Made by a program: the position numbers and the translations under genes. From the NCBI RefSeq assembly GCF_006345805.1, contig NC_042997.1:94860001-94924000 (forward strand): a stretch of 64,000 nt of DNA, read 5' to 3'. A model generated the notes under the pieces. That model had not been told where the DNA came from. It saw only the letters and a list, made by a program, of their open reading frames with translations, and ran no database searches. This DNA comes from Octopus sinensis. Taxonomy: Eukaryota. Below, piece after piece: positions 1-12,058 of the stretch (position 1 is its first letter; each line of letters starts with the position of its first letter).

Positions 1-2
1 CA

Positions 3-317
3 AACACACACTTTAACTTTAGAGACGGCCGCAACAGTTTCAAAAACACGATTAACAACGATAGCAGCAGCGAAAATGGGGGAGAGGATAGGGCTGAGGG
101 GAAGGTCATACTGCTACTAAGATCAATGACACACATACACACAGACACACTAACACACAAACACAAACACAAACACACACATACACACACACACACACAC
201 AGCGCGCGCGCGCATGCTCCCATAAGGATACACATCGTAGAAAAGCAGAATGGAGTAAGTGGAGCAAGAGCTCATACGAAGATGAAAAGTGTCACTGAAG
301 AGGCCACAGATGTTTGA
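3..317 (+). CDS. Candidate 3' end of a terminal coding exon running in from the window edge (…DSSSENGGEDRAEGK…HTHT…KSVTEEATDV*)
   Basis: Frame 3 is stop-free from nt 3 to TGA at 315-317, further 5' than the ORF track's ATG at 126. It ends in a class I PDZ-type motif (TDV) and has AATAAA at 362-367. Part of the open frame is a (CA)n tract, so chance cannot be excluded. Confidence 0.3.
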   Translation, partial: NTHFNFRDGRNSFKNTINNDSSSENGGEDRAEGKVILLLRSMTHIHTDTLTHKHKHKHTHTHTHTHSARAHAPIRIHIVEKQNGVSGARAHTKMKSVTEEATDV

Positions 318-443
318 CAAAAGATTTTCAGACAATGGACATTAGTTAGAATAAGAACAGTAATAAACGAGCGAAGGCCAAATATATAGCGTGTTTATCC
401 CACCTCCCGCCCAAAAATAGATACCAGCCCAAAATACAATATA

Positions 444-476
<33 letters not shown>

Positions 477-639
477 GATATATGCGTTATGCGTGTGCTT
501 CTGTCTGCATGTAAGCATACATGTATGTCCCTATGTGCGTGCGAGTGTTTGCATGTGTATATACGCTTGCATATATATGTGTAAGTGTGTATGTAGGACA
601 AAAGCCCCATAGTTAAGGTGTGAAAGTGGACAAAACTCC

Positions 640-727
640 ACGGTATATTTTACGATTTCTTTTCGTTTTTCCCAACGTTTACTTATTTCAGTCATTAAAC
701 TGCGGCTACGTATACACACACACACAC

Positions 728-798
<71 letters not shown>

Positions 799-870
799 GA
801 AGGGTTTCTTTCTCTTTCGTCTACCAAATCCACTCAGAATGCTATGGTAGAAGACACTTGTCCCACGGTT
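640..870 (-). mobile_element. SINE family B (octopus tRNA-derived SINE), partial, with expanded internal (CA)n(TA)n
   Basis: Diagnostic blocks tttcagtcatt-actgcggc, ttcttt..gtctaccaaatccactca and gctat-gtagaagacacttg are shared with more than 10 other copies in the window. Confidence 0.8.
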
Positions 871-1109
871 ATCTTCAACTTTACAATTTTTATTTGTTTT
901 TTCCTTTTTACTTGCTACAGTTATTAGAGTGCAGCCAATTTTTTTTAGTCGAATGCATCGACACTATAATTCTTTTTTATATTTTTACTTGTTGCAGTTA
1001 TAAGACTGGTACCATGCTGGGGCAAGGCTTTGAAGAATTTTTGGTCGAATGTAACGACGCTAGAAATTTTTTAATGATTTTCAACCAGCGCATGAAGTTT
1101 AGCCTAGAA

Positions 1110-1523
1110 GAGCTGGCAGAAACGTTAGCACGCCGGGCGAAATGCTTAGCAGTATTTCGTCTGCCGCTATGTTCTGAGTTCAAATTCCGCCGAGGTCGAC
1201 TTTGCCTTTCATCCTTTCGGGGTCGATTAAATAAGTACCAGTTACGCACAGGGGTCGATATAATCGACTTAATCCGTTTGTCTGTCCTTGTTTGTCCTCT
1301 CTGTGTTTAGCCCTTTGTGGGCAGTAAAGAAATAGGTATTTCGTCTGCCGCTACGTTCTGAGTTCAAGTTCCGCCGAGGTCGACTTTGCCTTTCATCCTT
1401 TCGGGGTCGATTAAATAAGTACCAGTTACGCACTGGGGTCGATATAATCGACTTAATCCGTTTGTCTGTCCTTGTTTGTCCTCTCTGTGTTTAGCCCCTT
1501 GTGAGTAGTAAAGAAATAGGTAT
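1110..1523 (+). mobile_element. SINE family A: near-complete copy followed by a headless tandem copy
   Basis: A-box-like gagctggcagaa and B-box gagttcaaattcc, core gtcgactttgcctttcatcctttcggggtcga..aagtaccag and tail gtaaagaaataggtat. The second copy restarts at ~1337. The core recalls the Meta/Sauria-type conserved SINE domain (recognition, unverified). Confidence 0.9.
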
Positions 1524-2661
1524 CTCCGCATGCTAGAAACGAGAGCCAAATTTCTTGAAATTTTTATAACCTCCTCGGTTTTTTATATTTTCTAAAATCT
1601 TTTTTACTTGTCATTGGATTGCAGCCATGCTGGGGCACTACCTTGAAAAATTTTTCCTCGCAGAAACATCCACATTTTAAAGTATTTTTTAAATGACTTT
1701 TGTTTTCTTCTCTCAGCGCTTACAGATTAATGAGCATAAGTTGACATTTCGAACTTTCTCCGGCCGTTGAAAGTGTAACAGGAGGCTATTCATTCAAACG
1801 TACTTATTATTATTTGTCTAAATAGGGTGATGGATGTTTCTTCATAAAAATGACAAATTCTGGTTTTTGGGAAGATAAAACATTCCAGAGACGTGTGTTA
1901 TATTTACTTTCATTTTATGTGTGTATATACAGTCATTCAAGCGCACTTCTTATTGTATTTATGTCTCCACACATTTCTTGAAGTAAATGTTTTCCCTTTT
2001 GTTAGAATTCAGACAATAAGTACATTGAGTAGTAAAGTGTCTTGTGTTCTGTTATTCTATTACTGATGTTAAGATTGAATTATTTTCAATTTCATACTTT
2101 CAAATTGTTCTAGAAACGAGGATCCATCTGAAACATACCACTGTGAGGGACATAGATGTTTTGACACCGTTTTTCAATTGAATATATTTTGTTTACGTAA
2201 AAATTGGAATTTTGGAAAATATTTTTTTTCTTACAAAGGAGATTTCCGTTTTTGTTTACCTGAAATTATAAAAAGAGTTCTAATGTTTAGATGTTATTTC
2301 TAGCATGTGGAGAGACTTTCTAGGCTTCATTTTATGTGCTGGTTGAAAATCACATAACAAAAAATACTGGGGTCGATACATATGGCTAAAAATTCTTGAA
2401 GACGGTGCCCCAGCATGGCCGCAGTCCAGTGACTGAAACAAGTAAAAATAATTTTAGAAAAAAAATTAGGAAGAACCAAAAACTATAACCGAGAGGTGTG
2501 GTAAAAATTTCAAGAGATTTAACTCTTATTTGTAGCATGTCGAACGACATTCCTGGCTCCACTTCAAGCGCTGGTTGAAAATCAACTAAAACAATACTGA
2601 GGTCGATACACTCAACTAAAACTTCTGAAAACGAAAAAATAACCGAAAAATATAACCGTGG

Positions 2662-2973
2662 GGTAAGTGTCTTCTACTATAGCCTATAGTGAGTGAATTT
2701 GTGGATTTGGTAGACAGAAAGCGAAAAAAGCCCATCATATATATATATATATATATATGAGTGCGTGTATATGTCTGTGCGTCTATGTTTGTCCACCTAA
2801 CATCGCTTGACAACCGATACTGATGCGTTTACGTACCCATAAAATAGCGGTTCGACAATAAAGACCGATAGAATAACTTTAGGCTTACAAAGAATAAGTC
2901 CTGAGGCCGATTTGCTCGACAAAAGGCGGCGCTTCTGTATGGCTGCAGTCAAATGACTGAAACAAGTAAAAGA

Positions 2974-2976
<3 letters not shown>
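2662..2976 (+). mobile_element. SINE family B, 5'-truncated
   Basis: aagtgtcttctactatagcc…ggatttggtagac…cgcttgacaaccgat…acaaagaataagtcc…gcagtcaaatgactgaaacaagtaaaagaata. Confidence 0.85.
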
Positions 2977-3031
<55 letters not shown>

Positions 3032-3080
3032 GAATGTCTGTATGTGTGTATGTTTGTCTATAAATATCTATCTATCTATA

Positions 3081-3130
<50 letters not shown>

Positions 3131-3154
3131 CATAGTATCGATGGAATATTGTAC

Positions 3155-3232
3155 ATAGCTGGTCACAATGCTTTCTGCATTCTTTTTGATTTTAAATGAC
3201 TTCACCCCGCTGGCTAGGTAGGTAGGCCAATA
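3155..3232 (-). mobile_element. SINE family C 3' fragment (degenerate)
   Basis: gctggtcacaatgc…ccccgctggcta matches the full copy at 22427-22725. Confidence 0.6.
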
Positions 3233-3629
3233 TTTCCAATGAACGGAAGCTCAGCCCGTCTCAGGCTTACGTATTTAGAGGTACATGACCTGGAGCAATG
3301 AAAAGTAACGAAACTCATTGAATAGAAACATCACCCTAGGCGATTCTTATATATATACCTACACACATATACATGCATCATTATTTCTCTCTGAAGCTAG
3401 AATAATCCGGTAATATATTGACATCTTACCTTCATTCGCTGAGAAGTGCAACATATGTGCTACTATTTATGAAACAGCTGTAAGAGACTATCTGGACACA
3501 GTCTAACTCCTTTATTTCTTAAGATATACTTATTTCTAACGTCTCTCTTAAAACAATGATATATAAATTTTTGATTTCAGTCCTTTATCCTGGTAACAGA
3601 TGTTTGCGTGCTCATTTCTCCTTACTATT

Positions 3630-3655
3630 TCCTACACAAACACACACACACACAC

Positions 3656-3711
<56 letters not shown>

Positions 3712-3717
3712 TATATA

Positions 3718-3810
<93 letters not shown>
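3630..3810. repeat. Compound (CA)n-(TA)n microsatellite
   Basis: Seen directly. Confidence 0.95.
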
Positions 3811-3811
<1 letters not shown>

Positions 3812-3814
3812 AAG

Positions 3815-3945
3815 TATTGCTGGCCTGCTTGCTTAGTCAGCGGGGGGTGGCGTCATTTGAAGGCTAAAACAATGCGAAACGCATTGTGACCAGCGATGTG
3901 TAGTAACATCTGATAGCTTTGTCGATCACGGTGATCACGGCGATA
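3815..3945 (+). mobile_element. SINE family C 3' half
   Basis: ggcctgcttgcttagtcagcggggggtggcgtcatttgaaggctaaaacaatgcg..cattgtgaccagcgatgtgtag..catctgatagc matches the reverse complement of 22427-22545. Confidence 0.8.
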
Positions 3946-4534
3946 TATAAGTATTGCATTGTAAAGAAAAGATTGTCTCGTACGGGTAACAAATTGCTGA
4001 AAGATGATGAAATTTATTGATGCCTTTTAAGCATATTATTCTACCCAAGTCAGTCAATGCACTGGTCTATCACAATGCCTTCCCATACTTCGCATCAGAC
4101 GACGGGTGAGTGAAGAAGATGGATATGTGTACGTGCGAAGAGGGAGTTTGTAAGACGAAGCGAGTAAATCATGAGTGTAGCGTTACATACTGAAAGACAG
4201 AAATATCCTATTGATATGATTAGACACTGACAAATTACAATATATGATAAATGAGAGAAGTTTAATCGGATTATCATTTAAAATCTCTTGCAGAGATTTA
4301 GCGAATCGATTTACAAAGCGTATGACATTAGGAGACAGTTTGTGATCAAACGTAACTAATGTGACTATATGTAGGTTGTTCCTACACCTATTAAGTTTAT
4401 ACAATATATATGCATAGTGACACAGTAGGTTTCTAAGTAGCAACTCAGCCAGACGCACAACCACAGGTAGAACCACTCCCAAACTTACGAAGTACAAACA
4501 CACACATGCACAGATATTATATAAATATCTTTTA

Positions 4535-5115
4535 TCTTTTACTTGCTTCAGTCATTAGACTGCAGCCATCTCGGAGCACCGCTTTGAAGATATTTTAGTC
4601 GAATGAATAGCGGTTCAACAAAAGACACCGATAGACTAGGCTTACAAAGAATAAGTCCTGGGGGATTTGCTCGACTAAAGGCAGTGCTTCAGCATGGCCG
4701 CAGTCAAATAACTGAAACGAACAAAAGAATAAAAGAATAATGCAAATACATTATACGTCTGGCACTTATTTTTTCGGTCTCTTGGCGAAACTTCTAAGTT
4801 ATGAAGACGTAAACACTGCAACATCGATTGCCAAGCAGTGATGATGTGTCAAACACAAACGCAAGGACATACAACCCCCACTCACATCGATACACATACA
4901 CACGCACGCACGCACCCCCCCCCCCACACACACATACACACATACACATACATATATACGACGGGCGTCTTTCAGTTTCCGGCTACCAAAGTCACTCTCA
5001 AGGCTTTGCTCGGCTCGATGCTTATTGCCAAATACACTTGCCTAAGGTGCTACGCAATGGAACTGAACACGGAACCATATGGTTGGGAAGCAACCCTTTA
5101 CTACATAGCCACGCC
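4535..5115 (-). mobile_element. Cluster of SINE B pieces (minus tail, plus tail, then a near-full minus copy)
   Basis: Family B blocks in both orientations; head remnant ccatatggttgggaagcaa…acatagccacgcc at ~5075-5115. Confidence 0.8.
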
Positions 5116-5230
5116 TATATGCTATATAACACACATTTAATATTATCTATGCATTTATATTTATATTATATACCATACAATATTATGTATGTTTTAAATA
5201 TGATATATATATATACATATATATATATAT

Positions 5231-5412
5231 ATTTCTTTACTACCCACAAGGGGCGAAACACAGAGAGAACAAACAAGGACACACAAACGGATTAAGTCGA
5301 TTACATCAACCCCAGTGCGTAACTGATACTTATTCAATCGACGCCGAAAGGATGAAAGGCTAAGTCGACCTCGGCGAAATTTGAACTCAGAACGTAACGG
5401 CAGACGAAATAC
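5231..5412 (-). mobile_element. SINE family A, headless
   Basis: Reverse complement of the family A core and tail. Confidence 0.85.
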
Positions 5413-6119
5413 GCATGTATGTATATATGTATGTATGTATATGTATACCAAAATCTAGTATCCTATAAAAACAGATATGCACATACGCATCTGCTTAAGT
5501 TATACAGTATCATAATACACAAGTTAGGCTATACGAAATGCGTAATTACAAACATACAGGTGGAAGCTTTGTAGAGTTGCTTCTATATCTCGCTCTGTCG
5601 CCCTTCTGTCTATATATGCATATATTCTATATCATATTATATTATATATAAATATATGTAAAAATATATCCATATATATATACATGACAGATACTCTCTC
5701 TCTCTCTCTGTCTCTCTCTCTCACACACACATACACACACGTACACATATACTTTCTACATTCATGTGCATGTTTGTGTTCGTCTATTTGTGTTTATTTA
5801 CTTTTACAGTATGTAGTTAGCCACTCAAGCATACAGTGTGTACAGTTTTGGAATTGTTTATCTAATATAAAGGAGACTATTAAATAATTTAAAAAAATAT
5901 ATATCACTTTGCTGTTTGTCAACAAACTGTCTCCCGCTTTCAACTCATGTTGTGTCTTGTACTTAATATCATGTCAATATTTTCTTCATATGTGGATTGT
6001 AAATCATATCCATAATATATATGTGTGTACATGTATAGAAGTTGGTAGAAAGAAATGAAAGAAATAATTCACTGTATAATACATATATACGCATTTACTA
6101 ACATACATGCATATCTTTT

Positions 6120-6500
6120 ATTTTTTTATCTTTTCAGTCATACTGGGGTACCTCCTTGAAGGATTTGTTATTAGTCGAATTAACAGCCCCCCAGTATTTA
6201 TTTTTTTGTTACGCCGGTACTTATTTTATCCCACATGTTTGCTGAACCGCTAGGTTGTCAAGAGGTACTGGAGGACACACACACACCCATACGCTCACAT
6301 TCGCACACAACACACACACATATATATATATATAATATATATGTTCTACGGTCTTCTTTCAGTTTCCGTCTACAAATCCACTCACCAGGCCGTGGTTGGC
6401 CAGAAGCAAGAGTAGAAGAGGCTCACCCAAGGCGCAACGCAGTGGGACTGACTGGGAACTTTGTAGTTTGGAAGCAAGCTATTTACCACACAGCCACATC
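6120..6500 (-). mobile_element. SINE family B (diverged)
   Basis: ttcagtcat…gaaccgctag…tttcagtttccgtctacaaatccactcac…ggaagcaagctatttaccacacagccac. Confidence 0.75.
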
Positions 6501-6559
6501 TGTGCTTATATGTGTGCATGTATATGTAATATCTTTTTTAATGCGCCTCTCTCTCTCTC

Positions 6560-7235
6560 TACCCACCCCTCCTCTCCTCTCTTGGCCTGAGACCTACTTC
6601 ATGTCTCCATTCCTACCCACCTCTCCCTTCATCGTTATCCCTCCATGAACACCTCACCCCTACACATCCAAATCGCACCATCTCACCCCACCCCACCTAC
6701 CCGCACACACCCCACTCCAACATACCCCACCCTATCCCCTCATCCTCACCGCAAACCCACACCCCACGCTCATATCCCTAGACCCCAAACACTGCCACAC
6801 CACACAACATCACACTACTTCCCTGCACCCACATCGACATTACATACCCACACATTACTGACGCACACACACACGCACACATCCACACGTCAAGGTCACC
6901 AGCCCCTATCCACACACACACTCTCTCACATACACACGCACATGCACCTTCGTTTTAGGACAACCAGTGCTTTATTATCTCCTCTTCTCCCTAGCTCCCC
7001 TATCTAACCACCTCTGTCGAGCCAGCCGCCATGATTGAGCGCTAGCCCTTAAAGCTTCGTTTTTATTCTCTTTCTGTTTATTTCATCGTGGTCCTTTCTG
7101 TTGAAGAGCGTAGGCACGAAACTTAAAAGACTTTCTCACTTTCCCGAACGTTAAACTAATACACCTGTTTGTTGTTTATACACCTGTATTCGTCTTTTGG
7201 TTTTCTGTAAATTCTAACTATATTACATATATTAT
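6560..7235 (+). mobile_element. Non-coding Penelope-like terminal element (family X) with C/A-rich body and hammerhead-like motif at 7094-7129
   Basis: The 3' ~215 nt is homologous to 62045-62250. Motif cttt-CTGTTGA-a-gagc(gtag)gcac-GAAAC-tt-a-aaag. The PLE link is inferred from the minimal type I hammerhead architecture. Confidence 0.6.
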
Positions 7236-7239
7236 ATGT

Positions 7240-7645
7240 ATCACTTTGCATGATTTTAGTCAAACAGATCGACTCCAGGACTTATTTTTTAAAGTCTAAT
7301 ACTTATTCTAACGGTCTCTTTTGCAGAGCCGCTATGTTACAGGGTTGAAAACATGCCAACACCAGTTGCCATGCGGTGATGTTGGGACAAAGACAGACAC
7401 AAATAAATGCACGAGCACATACTCACACATACAAACACAAATACACAGACAAACACACTCAGACAGACACAGACAGATACACACACACAGATATGCGACA
7501 TGATTTTTATAGTTTTCGTCTACCGAATCAAGGCCCCATGCTCTCTTGGGAGACAATAGCTGAATGTGCCACGCAGTGGGATTCAACCCTGAACCACGTG
7601 GTTGGGAAGTAAACTTATACTACACAGCTACGCCTGTGCCTATTA
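7240..7645 (-). mobile_element. SINE family B
   Basis: gtcaaacagatcgactccaggactt…gccacgcagtgggattcaaccctgaaccacgtggttgggaag…cacagctacgcctgtgcc. Confidence 0.8.
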
Positions 7646-7748
7646 GTGTGGGATGCTTACAAGACCTAGGTATCCATAGAAGTCTCCCATTTGAGTAATA
7701 ACTAGCCTCGATGTCAGTTAACTTCGGTGATATATATATATATATATA

Positions 7749-7931
7749 TATAAAATATTATTCGAGACAAAACCACTATTTTGCAAAACAAACAAGGAAA
7801 GACTTAATCAATACATAAATTTTAATAAATAGTCAAAAAATATTTTGACTATTTATTAAAATTTATGTATTGATTAAGTCTTTCCTGTTTGTTTTGCAAA
7901 ATAGTGGTTTTGTCTCGAATAATATTTTATA
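7749..7931. repeat. Near-perfect 183-bp palindrome (two ~90-bp arms)
   Basis: tataaaatattattcgagacaaaaccact…gtcaaaa / ttttgac…agtggttttgtctcgaataatattttata. One 1-nt indel between the arms and essentially no spacer. Confidence 0.95.
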
Positions 7932-8001
7932 ATATTTTACTATAAAATCGATTTAATCCTAAATCTGATTTTTTCCCTGTAAAATTGGATTTATTCCCTA
8001 A

Positions 8002-8064
<63 letters not shown>

Positions 8065-9068
8065 AGATATATATATATATAAGATATATATATATATATA
8101 TATAAGATTTTTAGCATAATGAGATAAAAAACCAAGGCTGTGTAGATATTAGAACATTTATTGATAGAAGATATTATTGCTGTTTCCAGGATATTTATTA
8201 ATTATATCCTTTCATCGGAGAGGGTGTGAGAGGATGGTTAAGTAATAATTAATTTAGATGGGATACAAAATAGAGAGTGAGGTGGAGGAAAGAAAATAGA
8301 TGTGAGATATGTAGGGATATTGAATATGTAGATCCATTATTTAGGCAGAATGCTATATATGTAAAATTCCAATACCTTATGAGAAAACTCCAACAGCATT
8401 TAAAATTGTTCATATATATATATATATATATATATATGTAATAACTTTTCAAATGTTGGCTCAACAACAGTAATTTTGAGGGAAAAGTCAATTAAATTGA
8501 CATTAGTGCTCGACTATTACTTACTTTATCGACGTTTAATAGATAAATGGCAAAGTGGAACTCGACGGGATTTGGTTTTATAACATAAAGAATATTTTCG
8601 CTATGCTGGAGCGATTCTGCCAGGTCACTGACTTTCATGTATATGTAGATGACTAAAATAGAACGGTTTAGAAGTTCGCATCCCAAACGTGATTCTCTGG
8701 CCCCGATTATGGTGTTTAGCATATTAGTATTATTGCGAATAGTCTTGGTTCGACTACATGCCTTGTGAGTGTAGTGGACTAGACAAAAACTGTGTGGCAG
8801 AACGTCGGATTGATTGTAACCGGAATTGAAATGTCCAGCTGATTGCACTCAGTCATTTTGATTTGCTTGAAAATTATGTTTACTCTCAAATTCAATGAGA
8901 CTGGTAGTTTATTTGGTCGAATGATGAAATACTTATTGTTTTGAATCTGACCGTTATGTATATCTAAACACACATATACACACGCATGCACACGAACCCG
9001 CACATGCACAGATATACGCACATATACGCGCATATATACAAACGTACATACATACATACATACATACA

Positions 9069-9122
<54 letters not shown>

Positions 9123-9164
9123 GATATATATCTATATATATATATATATTATTATTATACATAG

Positions 9165-9330
9165 GGAGAGTTTACGAAAAAAAACAAAAGACGAAGGCAA
9201 GTGGTGTGCAAAACAAACAGATAACGTTCGGGAATAGAAAAAGTCTTATACGTTTCGAGCCTACATTCTTCTACAGAAAGGGACACAGAAAAAAAAACAA
9301 GGAGAGAAAAAGATGTGTGTAGTGGCTAAT
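9165..9330 (-). mobile_element. Short hammerhead-bearing repeat (family Y); motif at 9245-9280
   Basis: The reverse complement is homologous to 33005-33200 and reads cttt-CTGTAGA-a-gaat(gtag)gctc-GAAACGT-a-taag. Confidence 0.65.
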
Positions 9331-9452
9331 ATATATAGATATATATATATTGTAAACCACACACACTTAACGTATGCGCGTTGTGTATTCGACGTTAGGC
9401 TGCGATTTTGCATGGTGGAGAATACACACATGCACGCACACACACACACACG

Positions 9453-9497
<45 letters not shown>

Positions 9498-10218
9498 GCG
9501 CGCGCACACACACGCACACACCAGCAGACACCCACACGCACAAGAGGTATTCGTAAGTACAATATTTAGGGAACGAATGAGCGAGAAACAGATAAAGAGA
9601 AACGAACAAATTTTAACGTTGAACCATATATGTTCTCTGCGAGTCTGTAATATAATTTGATTGAAATATTTTTATAGCTACCTTTGTGCCCAGTTAATGT
9701 TTTATTGTGAATTCTTTTTGGAGCAGTTTGGCTCGAGGTCAACTGCAATGGCCCTGCAGTTCTTTGATGATTCGTATTCCTGCCGTGACTATCATGTGTT
9801 TATCTTATGTGCAGTGCATTTCCGAACAGGCTTATTAAACGTGTCCTTTCTCAAAGGCGTAAGTGTTAAAGATGACTAAATGTAAATATCAAGAATAAGA
9901 AACAGTGCTTATCGCGAACTTCATTGTGTTAAGAGTTCATAAAAATAGCTCCCATAGAATAGAAATCAGATAATTAAACACCCCTACAAAATGAAATTCT
10001 TCTTTCAACCCGTTAATGAATAAAGTACAAAAATTAAAGTCATAATTTCATCTTAGCACAGATGATGAGCAAACTGATTACGTGGTTCATTTTTAAAAAT
10101 TTTTCAGCTCCCTCTAATATGACGAAAGTACAATGAATTAAGAGCTTTGTACAAGGAAAAGAAACTAAATATTACTGGAAGGTCACATGCAAACACAAAC
10201 ACACACACACACACACAT

Positions 10219-10265
<47 letters not shown>

Positions 10266-10879
10266 GTTGGGTACAGAAATTCAGGGTGAGTACTTGATAA
10301 TTGTAAGCACCTGTATATACCGTTTGGTGGTGTAGGTGGTGGAGTAAATTAATCAAAATAAAAACATGGTGCCAAGGATTCAGCGGTACATATGTTTCGG
10401 GCCTTTATTAGACGGACTTATAACAATGCATAATGTGTGTCTGTGGCCTTCAGCCGCGCACAACTACTACCTCAAGGACATGTATTACATAAAAAATTCT
10501 ACGTTGGGGTTGCAAATCCTCTCATTCGCGTACGACATAATGCGGCAACAGCATAAAAATGAAGCGTCCATCTCGTCCTTACAGTATTTGAATATGCATA
10601 TATACGGAACAACTTTCACTTCGAATATTCTACACAGAAGACAGGAATGAGTTATTATGAAATTGAATTTTTTAAAGATTATTTCTCTTTGCATATTCTA
10701 TCTTTCTGTTTATTTTGAAGTAGTAGCGTTCCTAGGTCCATTTACCTTCTAAACGCGTTTGGTCTTTTCTTCTAAACGAAATTAAAGTGGTGTATTTTTG
10801 CTACGAATTCTAGTAAGATATGATATATTGTGGAAATTGAAATCAAGACTGTTGCAGCATATATATGCAGCTGATTACT

Positions 10880-10984
10880 GCCTCAGGAAGATCATAGATA
10901 GCTCTCACTGTCAACGCGACAGTGTACTGCCATCTGTTGGTGCGCTATAGAACTAGTCCGGGAACGTTTTGATACTACCTCGTA
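10880..10984 (-). mobile_element. Tc1/mariner terminal fragment (single TIR)
   Basis: The reverse complement begins TA-CGAGGTAGTATCAAAACGTTCCCGGACT and contains CAACAGATGGCAG, a mariner-type end abutting (TA)n. The partner TIR was not found. Confidence 0.6.
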
Positions 10985-10991
10985 TATATAT

Positions 10992-11051
<60 letters not shown>

Positions 11052-11059
11052 CTATATAT

Positions 11060-11090
<31 letters not shown>

Positions 11091-11420
11091 ATAAGGCGGT
11101 GCTCTAGCATGGCTGCAGTCAAATGATTGAAACAAATAAATGTATATATATATATATATATACGTCGATAAAACAGGCAAACAATAGTAGGCGTAAGGAC
11201 TGTGTTCCCATGGGTAGTTGAGTAATAAATAATATGATATAATCTTTTCTTCTTTTACAGCTGTTTCGGATAATCGATAACTGGTGCTATAAACACGCAT
11301 ATCATGTAGTGAACTCGATTTGTACTGTAAGTCTATGAACTGTTATCCTCGTAAGTGCTCACTGGAAAATATCTTAGTTGAGAAAAGCTCTTATAGATTG
11401 TTTATATATAAATACACACA

Positions 11421-11467
<47 letters not shown>

Positions 11468-12058
11468 ACAGGTAAGATATAACAGACAAACACAAACAGA
11501 CAGGCATACAATAATGTAAATGATGTGTATTTTTTTTATGAAAATGAGATGCTCATCCCGATTGGCAGAAAACTGTCATCACACGGTTTCAAGTGTAGGA
11601 AAAGATGGCAGACTGACACTTATTTCAATACCTGTGTCCTTATCGTTTGTGGATTAAAGTTTTCCTCATCTCCTAAGATATGCTTATTTTTCGAAAAGAT
11701 AAAATAAAAACTAGTTATATAATGTGTCATAATTACTATAGCCTTTTAAATATTATAACCTTGTGCATACTCAAATATCTGTGATGACGCAATGCAGGGC
11801 CTGAACAAATATATTAACTTTAAGAAAATATATTAAAATAGTACCATTAAATCATACGAAAATAAGAATTGGCAAGTTGTGACCGTGTACAGTTAGTTCC
11901 CCAAGACCAACCATCCGGTAACTAAAATTGCTCCGCGATTTTCAAAGTTTTATTCACAAATACAGCTTTTTATTATTTATAAAAATAATCAGTTTAACGT
12001 GTATTCCTCTGCTTTTATCTTGCGCAACATAAGACACGTTAATTAGTATCAACTAAAG

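Noticed and set aside
3471-3486. GAAACAGCTGTA motif (also on the minus strand at 11253-11267) resembling a hammerhead 3' half with an 8-nt palindromic stem III
   Set aside because: No convincing CUGANGA core with matching stems I and II could be placed upstream in either copy; at best these are old remnants.
4020-4112. MPFKHIILPKSVNALVYHNAFPYFASDDG followed by a GTGAGT donor, vaguely WD40-like
   Set aside because: Short, spacing does not fit a WD40 repeat, and no compatible downstream exon was found. Such donors are expected by chance many times in 64 kb.
8492-8848. 118-aa minus-strand ORF in non-repetitive sequence next to the palindrome
   Set aside because: No recognisable motif; may be very old retroelement debris but cannot be supported.
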